Below, in pieces: positions 10,592-20,989 of a stretch of 64,000 bases of DNA. The DNA comes from an uncultured Candidatus Saccharibacteria bacterium (lineage in GTDB: Bacteria > Patescibacteriota > Saccharimonadia > Saccharimonadales > Saccharimonadaceae), in NCBI GenBank assembly GCA_963528515.1, contig CAURUO010000002.1, positions 31,234 through 95,233 of the forward strand, read 5' to 3'. Position 1 is the stretch's first letter. Every line of letters starts with the position of its first letter. The position numbers were made by a program, and so were the translations under genes. The notes under the pieces were generated by a model. The model did not search any database. It had not been told where the DNA came from and was given only the letters and a program-made list of their open reading frames with translations.

Positions 10592-11295
10592 GGCTTTATC
10601 CCCTTCTTGTTAAGTTGAACTGTTTTACCTGGCAAGTAATAAGCGTGTCCAGAAATTGACATCGTAAACTTAGAATCTGACGCTTCAATCGTCGATTCAT
10701 CGATATCAATTACGCGAATCGACTTTTCAAAATTTCGCAAAACGTCTCGTAAAATATCTGCGCTACTAGCTGACAACTCCATAGTAAAGGCTATCTGTTG
10801 AACACTTCTAGAATTATCGGCATTGTTGTCGCTTGACGAGCTGTTATTTTTGTTACTGTCAGAGGAATTTTCGTTCGAAGAAACTGTTTGAAAAGACTCA
10901 AGCTTAGCGCCAGGCACTCGGCCAACTAAATTCTGCACAGAGGCGCCAAGTGCTAGCGAATTGTCGTCAGCTGGCAAAGCATCCAAGATAACACGCAGCG
11001 GATCTTCCTTGTCGTTAAGTTTTGCAGAGCCGAGCGCCGAGTTGGTGTTTAACACACGGATATTGTCGCGCAAACCATCATACGTCTTAATATTACTATC
11101 AAGCGTCGATGTCGTTTGATTCTTTTCAGCTAGAACTTTCGTCTCAAAAACTATGCGCTGTACTAGAAAACCGCCAATAACCAGCGCAAAGCCAACCAAA
11201 ACCGACGCGCCTGCCACCCAGCCAAACATTACGCGGCCGCTACGATCAATTTGCCGGCGCTTATTTAGCGAGGTATCTTTCTTTGCTTCCGCCAT
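10588..11295 (-). CDS. PilO-like alignment protein
   Basis: TM + coiled coil + C-terminal EKSIRVIDI segment; position after pilM/pilN. Confidence 0.7.
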   Translation of the reverse strand: MAEAKKDTSLNKRRQIDRSGRVMFGWVAGASVLVGFALVIGGFLVQRIVFETKVLAEKNQTTSTLDSNIKTYDGLRDNIRVLNTNSALGSAKLNDKEDPLRVILDALPADDNSLALGASVQNLVGRVPGAKLESFQTVSSNENSSDSNKNNSSSSDNNADNSRSVQQIAFTMELSASSADILRDVLRNFEKSIRVIDIDESTIEASDSKFTMSISGHAYYLPGKTVQLNKKGIKP

Positions 11296-12020
11296 TATTT
11301 ATCCTCCTTTTTGTTTGAAGTCTTTGCCTCAAACAGCGAATCTGGCACGTGCTTTTTTGAATCAGTCACGTCTACCGAGCCAGTCGGCGAAACGATTACT
11401 AAGCTTTTAACGCTGTTCGACAACAATTCTTCGGGATAAGAAAACGTCAGAGTAAACGTCAGTTTCTTCTCTCCGCCAGAATCTTCGGCATACGCCGTGT
11501 TGGTAATTCTCACAGAGCTAGATAGCGGCGTTTCTGCAGATTCCGAATCTTTTGTGTATTTCAATTTAGTATTAAGAATGGTTTTTTTAAGCGCGTCTAC
11601 CGCATTAAAACCGCCAGCTGTTGAGCCTTCTATGGTAATGGTCTTCTCTGAAGCATTATAACGTACCGTTGACATGGTCACATTATTTGGCGCCTGCGGG
11701 TTAACCGCGCTCAAGGTATCAAAGATGCGTGAATTAACACCTCGATTACTACTAATCATATCAATCTGAGTTAGTTGATTCTGAATAGTCAAAAGATCAT
11801 TAATATCTGGTTTATCGCTAAGTTCTTTATATTTGCTTTTAATGGCATTATCAGCCTGGCCGCTAGCAAACTGCAGCGACCCCAAAGCAAGCCCCAGCAC
11901 AATCACAGTACCTGCCGCAGCTGCAGCCACTAACATTGATACCGATATCACCGTATTACGAACCCGCTGAGCGTGCAAATATTCCCGCTTAACGTCTGGT
12001 ATTAAGTTTACTTCAATCAT
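11295..12020 (-). CDS. pilN: PilN-like protein
   Basis: N-terminal EVNLIP motif (INLLP-like PilM-binding motif) then TM. Confidence 0.8.
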   Translation of the reverse strand: MIEVNLIPDVKREYLHAQRVRNTVISVSMLVAAAAAGTVIVLGLALGSLQFASGQADNAIKSKYKELSDKPDINDLLTIQNQLTQIDMISSNRGVNSRIFDTLSAVNPQAPNNVTMSTVRYNASEKTITIEGSTAGGFNAVDALKKTILNTKLKYTKDSESAETPLSSSVRITNTAYAEDSGGEKKLTFTLTFSYPEELLSNSVKSLVIVSPTGSVDVTDSKKHVPDSLFEAKTSNKKEDK

Positions 12021-13069
12021 GACAAGTTTCTCCGTTTCGCCAGGCCAACCGCCGTAGCAAACTCGTTAGCAATCGGCGCTAGCTGCTGCTGCATGCTCTG
12101 CGAGACATTTATATTTTGCCAAGGGCTAGTTGCAACCGCTGATATATTAATCTTGCCCGCCAAATACGAATCAATTTGCGGCACAGTCGCGCCGTATCCA
12201 GACAACAAAGCTTGAGAAACGGCCACATCTTCATACCTATTCTGGAAGAATTTAATCGATTTTGACAATTCAGAAGCAAAATTATCAAGCGTCATCTCGA
12301 CAGCACGGAAAACTTGCCCTTCGAGACGACTTTGATCTAGACCAAATTTCAGGATAAACTGGCGAGCCTGATCCTCTTGGACACTCAGGTTCTGAGCCAC
12401 AGCCTTAACTAGCGAATTCAGCCCAGTCGGAATCGTCCTGATTAACCGCGGCGTATCGCCATAAGTCAAAGCGATATCTGTCGATAACTCGCCCATATCG
12501 ACCAGCATATAAGCTGAATTGCTAGCAGTCGCTGGCACTAACGCTCGCACCATCGCTAACGGATCTGGCTCTTCAGCTATCACATTCAGGCCAAGCGATT
12601 CAATTAATTCCAAACGTTCTTCGCTATATTGCTTGGACACGCTAGTGATTAATACTTCATTTTGGTTTTGCGACTTTAGCGAACCGCCTAGCAATGCCCA
12701 GTCAACTTTCGCCTCGTCACTGCTCATCGGAATATACTGATCGACTTGGTATTTCATAGTCGCCCGCAGTTCTGCTTCGCTCATTGCTGGTACATCAATA
12801 ACCGTAGTGAAGGTCTTGCTCGACGGCAAGCCAATCGCCACATTTTTAGTACGAATACCAGACTGGCCTACTGCCGTCATCGTGGCCTCGCCGAGCCGGC
12901 GCCGTGCTTCTGGCGAGTCGCTCGCGGTAATTTTGTGATCGACAGGCACATATCCGTATGCAACTAGATTCCAACTGCCCTGGCCAGAAGCAGCTAGCTG
13001 CAATACTCGCACCGCGTTGGTACCGATGTCGAGTGCAAAGAAATCGCCCATCCCTTTTTGAATTTTCAT
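12017..13069 (-). CDS. pilM: Type IV pilus assembly protein PilM
   Basis: ALDIGT, LVDMG, LSGYGA actin-like motifs; exact start uncertain. Confidence 0.92.
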   Translation of the reverse strand: MKIQKGMGDFFALDIGTNAVRVLQLAASGQGSWNLVAYGYVPVDHKITASDSPEARRRLGEATMTAVGQSGIRTKNVAIGLPSSKTFTTVIDVPAMSEAELRATMKYQVDQYIPMSSDEAKVDWALLGGSLKSQNQNEVLITSVSKQYSEERLELIESLGLNVIAEEPDPLAMVRALVPATASNSAYMLVDMGELSTDIALTYGDTPRLIRTIPTGLNSLVKAVAQNLSVQEDQARQFILKFGLDQSRLEGQVFRAVEMTLDNFASELSKSIKFFQNRYEDVAVSQALLSGYGATVPQIDSYLAGKINISAVATSPWQNINVSQSMQQQLAPIANEFATAVGLAKRRNLS

Positions 13070-13163
13070 ATACCTTATATTATGCATAAGCAAAGTAAAA
13101 AACGCAAGCTTTTTAGATAATTACTTTTCGGACAATACCCTTTAAATGCTATAATGTAGGATT

Positions 13164-14246
13164 ATGAGTTTATCTATCGGAATTGTCGGTTTGCCGAATG
13201 TCGGCAAATCCACGCTTTTTAATGCTTTAACTAATAATAATATTTTGGCGGCCAATTATCCTTTTGCCACTATCGAACCAAATACTGGCATCGTACCGGT
13301 ACCCGACGAGCGCTTAAACGTCCTCGCCAAAATGTACCACGCCGAGAAAATTACCCCAGCTACCGTGACTTTTGTCGATATTGCCGGGCTAGTCGCTGGC
13401 GCTTCCAAAGGCGAAGGCTTAGGCAATAAATTCTTAGCCAACATCCGCCAATGCGATGCCATTGTCCACATCGTCCGCGCTTTTGAAAGCGACGATATCG
13501 TTCATGTCGAGAATGTTATTGACCCAAAACGCGATATCGATACTATCAATACCGAACTAATTCTGGCTGATCTGCAAACGCTAGAAACTCGCCTGACTCG
13601 CCTTGCCAAAGAAGCCAAAGCCAACCCCAAAGCTAGCGCTATCAAAAATCGTTTAGAAGTGCTTGCTGAAAAACTGCGCGCTGGCACGCCAATTAACGAA
13701 ATTTCCGGCGTCGATCCCGACGATATCGCTGATTTACACCTTTTGACCGCCAAGCCAGTAATTTATGTGTTCAACGTCAATGAAGAAACCCTGGCTAGCG
13801 AAGACAAGAAGCAGAGCCTGCGCAATCTCGTGCCACACGCTCGCAGCCTATTCATCTGCGCCAAGCTTGAGGACGAGATTAAAGGCCTTAACCCCAGCGA
13901 TACACTCGAACTCTTACAAAGTTACGACGTGCCAGAAGCCGGACTAACGCAAATGATTCGCGCCGCCTACGATATACTCGGACTGCAAAGCTACTTAACT
14001 GCCGGACCGAAAGAAGTTCGCGCCTGGACAATCCACCAGGGCTGGACAGCGCCGCAAGCCGCCGGCGTCATTCACACCGATTTCGAAAAGGGCTTTATCG
14101 CTGCTCAAGTTGTTAATTACGATGATTTAGTCGCTGCCGGCTCAGAGGCTAACGCTCGCGCCGCTGGCAAAATCCGCACCGAAGGTAAAACTTACGTCAT
14201 GCAGCCAGACGATGTGGTTGAATTTAGATTTAACGTTAGCAAATAA
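13164..14246 (+). CDS. ychF: Ribosome-binding ATPase YchF
   Basis: GLPNVGKST, ANYPFATIEPN, DIAGLV, GEGLGN, IHTDFEKGFI. Confidence 0.97.
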   Translation: MSLSIGIVGLPNVGKSTLFNALTNNNILAANYPFATIEPNTGIVPVPDERLNVLAKMYHAEKITPATVTFVDIAGLVAGASKGEGLGNKFLANIRQCDAIVHIVRAFESDDIVHVENVIDPKRDIDTINTELILADLQTLETRLTRLAKEAKANPKASAIKNRLEVLAEKLRAGTPINEISGVDPDDIADLHLLTAKPVIYVFNVNEETLASEDKKQSLRNLVPHARSLFICAKLEDEIKGLNPSDTLELLQSYDVPEAGLTQMIRAAYDILGLQSYLTAGPKEVRAWTIHQGWTAPQAAGVIHTDFEKGFIAAQVVNYDDLVAAGSEANARAAGKIRTEGKTYVMQPDDVVEFRFNVSK

Positions 14247-14331
14247 TTTAGCATTTAATCGCTTAAATTTGATATAGCTTAGGCTAATTTGCCAGCGAAT
14301 CACCGGCCAGCCGCATAAGCCGCTAACAACT

Positions 14332-15048
14332 TCAAGCTTTTCTCAATATATAAAACCGCTCCAAGTTGCCGTGCGCGCCTTTCACTTCGCTATCTGCTTT
14401 ATTAATAATTATGAAATTAGCACGCGCCCACTGTTCGAACTCGCGCAAGATTGCCCGCCGCACGCCGTCATTCTTGACGACACCGCCGCGAGTCAGCTGT
14501 TGGCGTTGCGCCTCAAACTGCGGTTTAACCATTGCTACTATCATTGTATTTTTATCAACAATTTTCGCAAGGTACGGTAAAATTTGCCGCAAGCTAATAA
14601 ACGATACATCAATCACTACCATATCCGGAGTCTCACTTGGTACAAAATCCCGAATGTCAGTTTTTTCGTGCAACTCAATTCGTTTGTCGCCGCGCAAGCT
14701 CGGATGTAGTTGATCGGTGCCAACATCCACAGCGTATACTTTCTTCGCGCCGTGCTGCAATGCAAAGTCGGTAAAGCCGCCGGTGCTGCTGCCGACATCC
14801 AAAACCATCTTATCACGAAAATTCAAATTAAAAGCTTTCGCCGCGCCCGCCAATTTTAGTCCGGCCCGCGACACATAACGCTCTGACGCTGCTAATTCAA
14901 TCGACGCCGATTCATCAACGAACAATCCCGGTTTGGCTGCTACCCGCCCGCCAACGCGCACACGTCCCAAACGAATCCAATTCTCAGCTTCCGAGCGCGA
15001 ACCTACCAACCCACGCGCCAGCATCAATTTATCTAACCGTTGCTTCAT
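14332..15048 (-). CDS. tlyA: TlyA-family rRNA 2'-O-methyltransferase
   Basis: S4 domain RLD, YVSRAGLKL, DVGSSTGGFT, DVSFIS, KPQFE, GNLE. Confidence 0.93.
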   Translation of the reverse strand: MKQRLDKLMLARGLVGSRSEAENWIRLGRVRVGGRVAAKPGLFVDESASIELAASERYVSRAGLKLAGAAKAFNLNFRDKMVLDVGSSTGGFTDFALQHGAKKVYAVDVGTDQLHPSLRGDKRIELHEKTDIRDFVPSETPDMVVIDVSFISLRQILPYLAKIVDKNTMIVAMVKPQFEAQRQQLTRGGVVKNDGVRRAILREFEQWARANFIIINKADSEVKGAHGNLERFYILRKA

Positions 15049-15060
15049 CTCTCAATTCTA

Positions 15061-16827
15061 CTATGGATACATAATCCGCTCAATGTCGCGGGTCATCGCC
15101 GCAATTGCCGCGTAGGATTTTCCTTGAGTCATAATTGTCATCACATAAGTACCGCGCGGATGCCGGACAATCGCCGTGTCGTGCACGTAGTTCCACAAAA
15201 AGCCAACCTTATCATAAACTTCGCGCGCTTGGCTACCCGTCGGTATACCATAACGGTAAGGATGGTGCGACAAAGAATACAACAGCCGCTCGCACTGCTC
15301 TCCGCCAATTAGCGAGCCAGTCTCCAATCCGACCATGAACTTCGTCAGATCACCCGCCGACACATGAGTTGCCTGCGCGTGCGTGAAAGTCACTGCTCGC
15401 GAAAACCCTAGTCGGTAAACAAAATCGTTCAGATTTTGCCGGCCAAATCTATCTAGCCACGCCACCGCGCATGGATTAGTACTGGCAATAGTCATCCGAT
15501 CAAAACAGCCCGACACTGTCGTGTCAAGCATCGGGTCGCTCCAGCTAATTCCCCCGGCATTTATCTCATCAAACAAGCGTTTAGCAACAAATAACTTATA
15601 AGTACTAGCACTAACGACACTCTCATCGGCATCGGCATCCGCCGACCAACCGCTGCCGCCCAACTGGCGAATCGAAAACCAAGTACCATTACGCGCCTTA
15701 TCACGTACATAAGCTCGTAAGCCATCTTCGGTAGGAGTATAGCGGTTATTATAAATTACGCTCGGCTCTAAATCAGTCATCGCCGCCAAGATCACGCTAC
15801 TACCTTGACCTCTCAGCAGATAATCAGTGATTGGTTGCACTATTGAAGTCGCGTCCACCTGGCTACCCTTCTCACCAGTGGTTCGCGAGACTTCTCGCCC
15901 GTTCTCAATATTGATATTTGTCTGGCCAGCTGGATGCCCAGCTGCTTTTGACCAATTATCAATTGAGCTTTGTAGTTTTTGCCTGTTAATCACCAGGTTC
16001 GTGCCACCTTCTGTTGTTTCGCCAAACTCTAGCCACGAAGCTTTCTCAGCATCGCCAATCACAAACGTCTGATCGGCGGCAAGAATTGTCAAGGGACGCG
16101 CCAATGCTTGCTCGGCTTGATTACGGATAGAAGCGAACGCCGTACTGCGCCGCGACGCCTCTTGCAACTTAGCATCAATTCGAAGCTCCGTCATGCCAGC
16201 AAATGAATACTTGGTTGTTTGCAGCACGTTTTTGATAGCTTGCGCGCTCACCAAATGTCCCGGCACATCATTAACCGCCGTTAGCTGACCATCTTTAAAC
16301 GCCACGCCAGCGTTTATTGGCGGCCGCGATAGTTGCGAACTAGTTTTTTGTGCAAAAACCTCTAATGTCGACTGTGCGAAGGCTATATCTAGCGTCTGCA
16401 CATTTGGCAGCTGCCAAAATATCGAAAACGGCACCAAACGCAGCCAAAAGGGATAGTTCGCCAGTCGACTCGCCATCTCTTCAGCCTTGATATCAGCACC
16501 AGCTTCACTTAGCGTATAAATACCGCTCGGTTTGCCGCCAATAATAAATTTAATTTTCGATCGCTGGAATACTAACGTCGCTTGGTTAGCCAAATCTGTC
16601 TCGTTCTGCCAACCAACCCAACGGCCATTCATCCGCGCTAGCGGCAGCGCTCGATCAAGCGGATACAATATTTGCACAGCCAAAATCACCGCTACAACAA
16701 AAAACGCCGCCCAAATTAATATCCGGTGGCGTTTTTGCTCGGGCATTGCCGAACGATATGTTTGTTTAACTTTTTTGTGCAGGCGTTTAGCACTACTTGC
16801 AGCGGCACGCACTCGCTTGTTAGTCAT
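15061..16827 (-). CDS. Membrane-anchored serine hydrolase (class A beta-lactamase/PBP-like C-terminal domain)
   Basis: TM at N-terminus; SASTYK (SxxK), STN (SxN), DKVG (KTG-like), HDTAIV. Confidence 0.82.
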   Translation of the reverse strand: MTNKRVRAAASSAKRLHKKVKQTYRSAMPEQKRHRILIWAAFFVVAVILAVQILYPLDRALPLARMNGRWVGWQNETDLANQATLVFQRSKIKFIIGGKPSGIYTLSEAGADIKAEEMASRLANYPFWLRLVPFSIFWQLPNVQTLDIAFAQSTLEVFAQKTSSQLSRPPINAGVAFKDGQLTAVNDVPGHLVSAQAIKNVLQTTKYSFAGMTELRIDAKLQEASRRSTAFASIRNQAEQALARPLTILAADQTFVIGDAEKASWLEFGETTEGGTNLVINRQKLQSSIDNWSKAAGHPAGQTNINIENGREVSRTTGEKGSQVDATSIVQPITDYLLRGQGSSVILAAMTDLEPSVIYNNRYTPTEDGLRAYVRDKARNGTWFSIRQLGGSGWSADADADESVVSASTYKLFVAKRLFDEINAGGISWSDPMLDTTVSGCFDRMTIASTNPCAVAWLDRFGRQNLNDFVYRLGFSRAVTFTHAQATHVSAGDLTKFMVGLETGSLIGGEQCERLLYSLSHHPYRYGIPTGSQAREVYDKVGFLWNYVHDTAIVRHPRGTYVMTIMTQGKSYAAIAAMTRDIERIMYP

Positions 16828-16873
16828 AGTTACATTTTAGCACGCTGCGAAACACTTATTTTAGTTTAATAAG

Positions 16874-17434
16874 CTATTTCTTGCGTTCGCGATACTCGCC
16901 TGTAGAGGTGTCAACCGAAATAATATCGCCAACCTTTATAAAAGCCGGCACCTTGACAATTGCGCCCGTCTCAAGTGTCGCATCTTTCAAAACGCTGCTA
17001 GTCGTATCACCTTTAACCACTGCCTCTGTATAGGTCACTTCCAAATAAACATTTTTTGGCATCTCGACGGTAATCACCTTACCGTCAAAGAATTGCAAAG
17101 CCAGCTCGTCGCCCTCTTTCATGAAGTTTTTAGCTTCGTCAACCAAATCGGCCGACAGCTCAAACTGCTCAAAACTATTCGGATCCATGAAAAAGAAAGC
17201 TGAACCGTCATTGTATAAATATTGGACAGTTTTGCTAGTCACCTCGGCTGATTCAATCTTATCTTGGCCTTTAAAAGTTTTGGGAATAACCGCACCAGTA
17301 ATTAAATTCTTCAATTTGACATTAACGATAGAACCGCCGCGGCCCATAACTTTCTGGTTGTAGTCAATCACTCGATACGGTTGACTGTCGATTTGGCATA
17401 CTACGCCTTTTTTCAAATCAGTTGGCTGATACAT
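16874..17434 (-). CDS. efp: Elongation factor P
   Basis: MGRGG loop, VKGDT, ATLETGA, VPAFI; start after AAAGGAG SD. Confidence 0.96.
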   Translation of the reverse strand: MYQPTDLKKGVVCQIDSQPYRVIDYNQKVMGRGGSIVNVKLKNLITGAVIPKTFKGQDKIESAEVTSKTVQYLYNDGSAFFFMDPNSFEQFELSADLVDEAKNFMKEGDELALQFFDGKVITVEMPKNVYLEVTYTEAVVKGDTTSSVLKDATLETGAIVKVPAFIKVGDIISVDTSTGEYRERKK

Positions 17435-17505
17435 TTCATCTCCTTTTGCGTCTTTAGAAATACCCTTCAGCGCACGACAAAGCATTTCGTACGCTGGAAA
17501 ATTCC

Positions 17506-17709
17506 CTAATCTCGCGTCACAAACGGTAGCAGCGCCAGATGACGCGCCCGCTTTACCTCGCGAGCCAGCATCCGCTGCAATTTAGCACTCAAGCCCGTCT
17601 TGGAGATTGGCTCGATTTGGCCGCTCACTGGACTAATATAGCGCAACAGTGTCTTCACCTCTTTATACGAGAATACTACTGGAGCATCCTTGCGCATTTT
17701 TTTTGCCAT
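17506..17709 (-). CDS. rpsR: 30S ribosomal protein S18
   Basis: YK...LLRYIS...G.I...TG...QR.LAREVKRARHLALLPF; rpsF-ssb-rpsR order. Confidence 0.93.
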   Translation of the reverse strand: MAKKMRKDAPVVFSYKEVKTLLRYISPVSGQIEPISKTGLSAKLQRMLAREVKRARHLALLPFVTRD

Positions 17710-17731
17710 ATTTTATAATCCTTTCTAATCG

Positions 17732-18175
17732 TTAAAATGGGATCTCGCTTAAGTCGATCGGCTTATCGTCGATATCCTCGACGACCACATCTTTGGTGCT
17801 AGTCGCTGGCGGCGGTGTCGATGCCGGTGCATTACTGTCGTTGCGACCGCCAACAAAGTTGAAGTCTTCGACAACCACCTCGACAGCCGACCGCTTATTA
17901 CCATCTTTATCTTCGTAGCTACGCTGGTCGAGCCGGCCACTCACCAAAAGTGGCGCGCCTTTTTTGACATATTGCGAGATAATCTCGCCCGGCTTACCCC
18001 ATGCTACGCAGTTAATGAAGCTGGTCTGGTCTTGCTGCTGGCCGTCTTGGTTGCGCCAACTCCGGCTGACCGCCAAACTAAAATTAGCTACGCTCTGGCC
18101 GCTCGTCGTTGTTCGCAATTCAACATCGCGCGTCAGATTTCCCATTAATATTACTTTGTTAAACCCCTTTGCCAT
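17732..18175 (-). CDS. ssb: Single-stranded DNA-binding protein
   Basis: NKVILMGNLTRD; acidic C-terminus ending EIPF. Confidence 0.97.
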   Translation of the reverse strand: MAKGFNKVILMGNLTRDVELRTTTSGQSVANFSLAVSRSWRNQDGQQQDQTSFINCVAWGKPGEIISQYVKKGAPLLVSGRLDQRSYEDKDGNKRSAVEVVVEDFNFVGGRNDSNAPASTPPPATSTKDVVVEDIDDKPIDLSEIPF

Positions 18176-18200
18176 GATAGATTTCCCTCCTATTTATGGC

Positions 18201-18554
18201 TTAATCTTCGCTGTTTTCAGCCTCGCGCTCAGCCGCGCGCTTCTTAGCCTCCGCCAGAGCGGCACGCGCTTTGTGATCTATCTTAACCAATAAATACCGG
18301 ATAACTTCGTCGCTAATATTCAGCGCATTGTTAATCTTGAGCGGCGCGTCTGCTGGCAGCTCGACATCCATCGACACATATACCGCAAAATCTTCGCCTT
18401 TGATGCTGTAAGCGAGGCGATTTTTGCCCCAATTGTACTCGGCCTTAACTGAACCGCCGTTATCGGCGATCAGCTGCTTGACCTTGCTAAGCACCGCATC
18501 CAAATTCGCCTCCAAATCAGGCCGAATAAGAACCGTCAGCTCGTATTCTCTCAT
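18201..18554 (-). CDS. rpsF: 30S ribosomal protein S6
   Basis: MREYELTVLIRPDL, WG..RLAY.I, VIRYL. Confidence 0.96.
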   Translation of the reverse strand: MREYELTVLIRPDLEANLDAVLSKVKQLIADNGGSVKAEYNWGKNRLAYSIKGEDFAVYVSMDVELPADAPLKINNALNISDEVIRYLLVKIDHKARAALAEAKKRAAEREAENSED

Positions 18555-18630
18555 ACATTACCTCCTTGGTATCCGTACGGATGGTTACGTTATCTCACGC
18601 AACCTTAGGTTTAATATCACTAGTATTATA
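18555..18630 (-). promoter_or_regulatory. rpsF promoter and structured 5' leader (candidate S6:S18 autoregulatory element)
   Basis: TATAAT at 18625-18630; hairpin GGUUGCGU/ACGUAACC; CCG-containing palindrome AUCCGUACGGAU; ACCU able to pair with SD AGGU. Confidence 0.5.
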
Positions 18631-18751
18631 ACCTATCCGCCGCAAAAAAGCTAGCCGCCCGCAGCCCCCATCGCCTCTGCAGCAAAAAGCAGGCTCCGCA
18701 TGCTATATATACTACCCAATTTACAAAAAAGAGACCTGCTATGGCTAATTG

Positions 18752-19402
18752 CTAAGTATGGTTAGCGGCATATTCGTCGCCATACATCATGCTACCCAGA
18801 ATATTTCGATCGATAACCTCGACAAACTCCGCCGCTGTTTCTTTAATATTTTCTCTAACTTCTAAACTATCGCCAGCTTCTCGGCAGCTCTGTACGTTTT
18901 CCCACAATTCCTCAACAATATCAGATCGGATAGTCTTCATCACAGTATACGGATTATTTATCGCTAATATCGTATCAACATCCATCTGAGCAATATGTTC
19001 CGCCAATTTTATAATAGCAGCATTATCTGAATTCTGAAATGCTCGGCGAAAACGTTCCATACCGAGACCACCCGGCTCATCTTTATACTCTTCGGCAGCC
19101 TGGCAAATTCCATCTAAGTTCTCGTCTATGATACTAAACAAGCGCCGCGTGCTACCTTCCAAATCTGATTCCCTGTCGTCAACAGTCGAAACATATTTCG
19201 ATAGCTCTCCTTTTGCCTGCACTAGAAAATCCCGGATTAGCATTCGGTTGCCAATTCCCTCAAGAACTACATTATGCGGCAGCTTTTCTGACGCATCCTT
19301 AATCCTTGCAGAATCTTTTTCATCTAGTCCAGCGCGAAAATCAGCAGACAAATGATTAACGGCTTTTTCAGCGATCCCTCCCATATCCTCATAGTATAGC
19401 AT
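18752..19402 (-). CDS. Hypothetical acidic helical protein
   Basis: 216-aa ORF overlapping upstream gene by 14 nt. Confidence 0.7.
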   Translation of the reverse strand: MLYYEDMGGIAEKAVNHLSADFRAGLDEKDSARIKDASEKLPHNVVLEGIGNRMLIRDFLVQAKGELSKYVSTVDDRESDLEGSTRRLFSIIDENLDGICQAAEEYKDEPGGLGMERFRRAFQNSDNAAIIKLAEHIAQMDVDTILAINNPYTVMKTIRSDIVEELWENVQSCREAGDSLEVRENIKETAAEFVEVIDRNILGSMMYGDEYAANHT

Positions 19403-20810
19403 GGCTGCCCCCTTGCTTTGCTACCAGACGCCCGCGCCGGTACTGGCGGGCTCTTTCGATATTGGTTAGATTAGCTCTTGTCACCCCGTCTTTGCGATAC
19501 GGACGCACAATATTCGTTCCCGGAGGCATAGATACCTTTCCTTTTAGCTCAGGCCTATCCTCTCTATATTCAACTTCCCTAAGCATTCTTCGTATCAACG
19601 TCTCGAAATCATAGTCAACAGAAGAATGAAAACCAGTAATATAAGCTCCGTTCTCTGCCGTTTTAGCTTCATGCGCCGAGAAATATGCTCTAAGGGGGAT
19701 TCTCTTTTCATTGCCCATCCACCGGTCAATCAAAAATCCTTTCTCTATCCTTTGTTTATTAGCCACAATCAATTGCACTTCGATTCGATCTTTTATTTCG
19801 GGATATTGCTCAACTAGCAAATTATAAACATTTTTAAGCTGCATGCCGCTAATAGTCCAATCATCCAAAAACACGACTCGCAGATTCTCTTTTTTCTGCT
19901 GCACCTGCGCAATATCATCTCTATCGACAATAATTCTACCACCGTACTTTTTCCAATCTTCTTCAGTGAAGTCAGCTAGTATATTATCAAGCAGATATTC
20001 ACCACTCTTTATCTTTTCTCTACCAATCTCGCCAGCGATAGTGCAAATCTGCAAATCGGTATTCGCCTCGAGAGCCGCCTTCCAGCTGGCGGCAATACCA
20101 GCCGCCGCTTCTTTGTATTCTTTTTCGCCAATAAACGTCAAATTCTCGCGCATAGATTTAGCTTTAGCTGCACATTCACCGTTTAAGGATTCTATATAGA
20201 CAAGAAAGTCGTCAAGCTGGCGCAGTGTTTCGTATTCCGTCAACTCTGCTCTATTGTCTCTGTATCGATCTTTCGGTGTAACAGTTTCCGGAGAACTGTG
20301 CGTCTCAGCAATATATGTGATGAGATTGCTTCTAGTCTCTTCATCCGCCAATTGGTCGGTTAAACGCGGAGCAGTCCTAACAAATCTTCTCGACTCTAAT
20401 AGCCGAGCGGCGTCTTCAGGGCTAACTTCGCCGGTTGGCGCAGCTTGGTCGATTTCTGGCTCATATTCAGATTCATCATTCGTTGATTGTGCTGATGTGA
20501 GTCGATAATTATCGGCATACGGACTACCTTCCTGTGGTACACCTGCGCCGATCTCAGACCCAGTATGTTCAACACCGACTGGCGCTAAATTTTCCTGCGA
20601 CATGTCTGTATTTGCCCTATCATACTCATCTGCCGAATATTCTGACATGATTTTAGGACTTCCATTCTCAGGAATAACCAGCACTGGCGTAAGCTTTCTT
20701 TTGAGACGCCTAAGCCTTCCCATCGCTGCCCAAATCAAGCCAACTATCGAATGTTCTTTAGGAGCTTGCTCGGCATTATTATCTGGACCGTATTCAATAT
20801 CTTTGCGCAT
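19389..20810 (-). CDS. Hypothetical protein with phosphoribosyltransferase-like C-terminal domain
   Basis: LRVVFLDDWTISGMQL resembles the type I PRTase PRPP-binding loop; upstream KSG motif; disordered acidic N-terminus. Confidence 0.6.
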   Translation of the reverse strand: MRKDIEYGPDNNAEQAPKEHSIVGLIWAAMGRLRRLKRKLTPVLVIPENGSPKIMSEYSADEYDRANTDMSQENLAPVGVEHTGSEIGAGVPQEGSPYADNYRLTSAQSTNDESEYEPEIDQAAPTGEVSPEDAARLLESRRFVRTAPRLTDQLADEETRSNLITYIAETHSSPETVTPKDRYRDNRAELTEYETLRQLDDFLVYIESLNGECAAKAKSMRENLTFIGEKEYKEAAAGIAASWKAALEANTDLQICTIAGEIGREKIKSGEYLLDNILADFTEEDWKKYGGRIIVDRDDIAQVQQKKENLRVVFLDDWTISGMQLKNVYNLLVEQYPEIKDRIEVQLIVANKQRIEKGFLIDRWMGNEKRIPLRAYFSAHEAKTAENGAYITGFHSSVDYDFETLIRRMLREVEYREDRPELKGKVSMPPGTNIVRPYRKDGVTRANLTNIERARQYRRGRLVAKQGGSHAIL

Positions 20811-20989
20811 AAAACTTATTCGCCTATTAACTTCCCTAATTTTTATTCTCTAGTAGTCCCAGTTTGCAACAAACGAGATTTTTAGCCAAATAGTTAATCA
20901 TTTCAGTCGTTAATTTATCTTATACTTAATAGGCAATAGTAGCACAATATGCTAATAATGTCAATAAGGCAATTTTCCGCCTCAGCCCA

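Noticed and set aside
17466..17497. Hairpin between rpsR and efp as a novel RNA
   Set aside because: A short single stem, adequately explained as a processing, stability or weak termination signal
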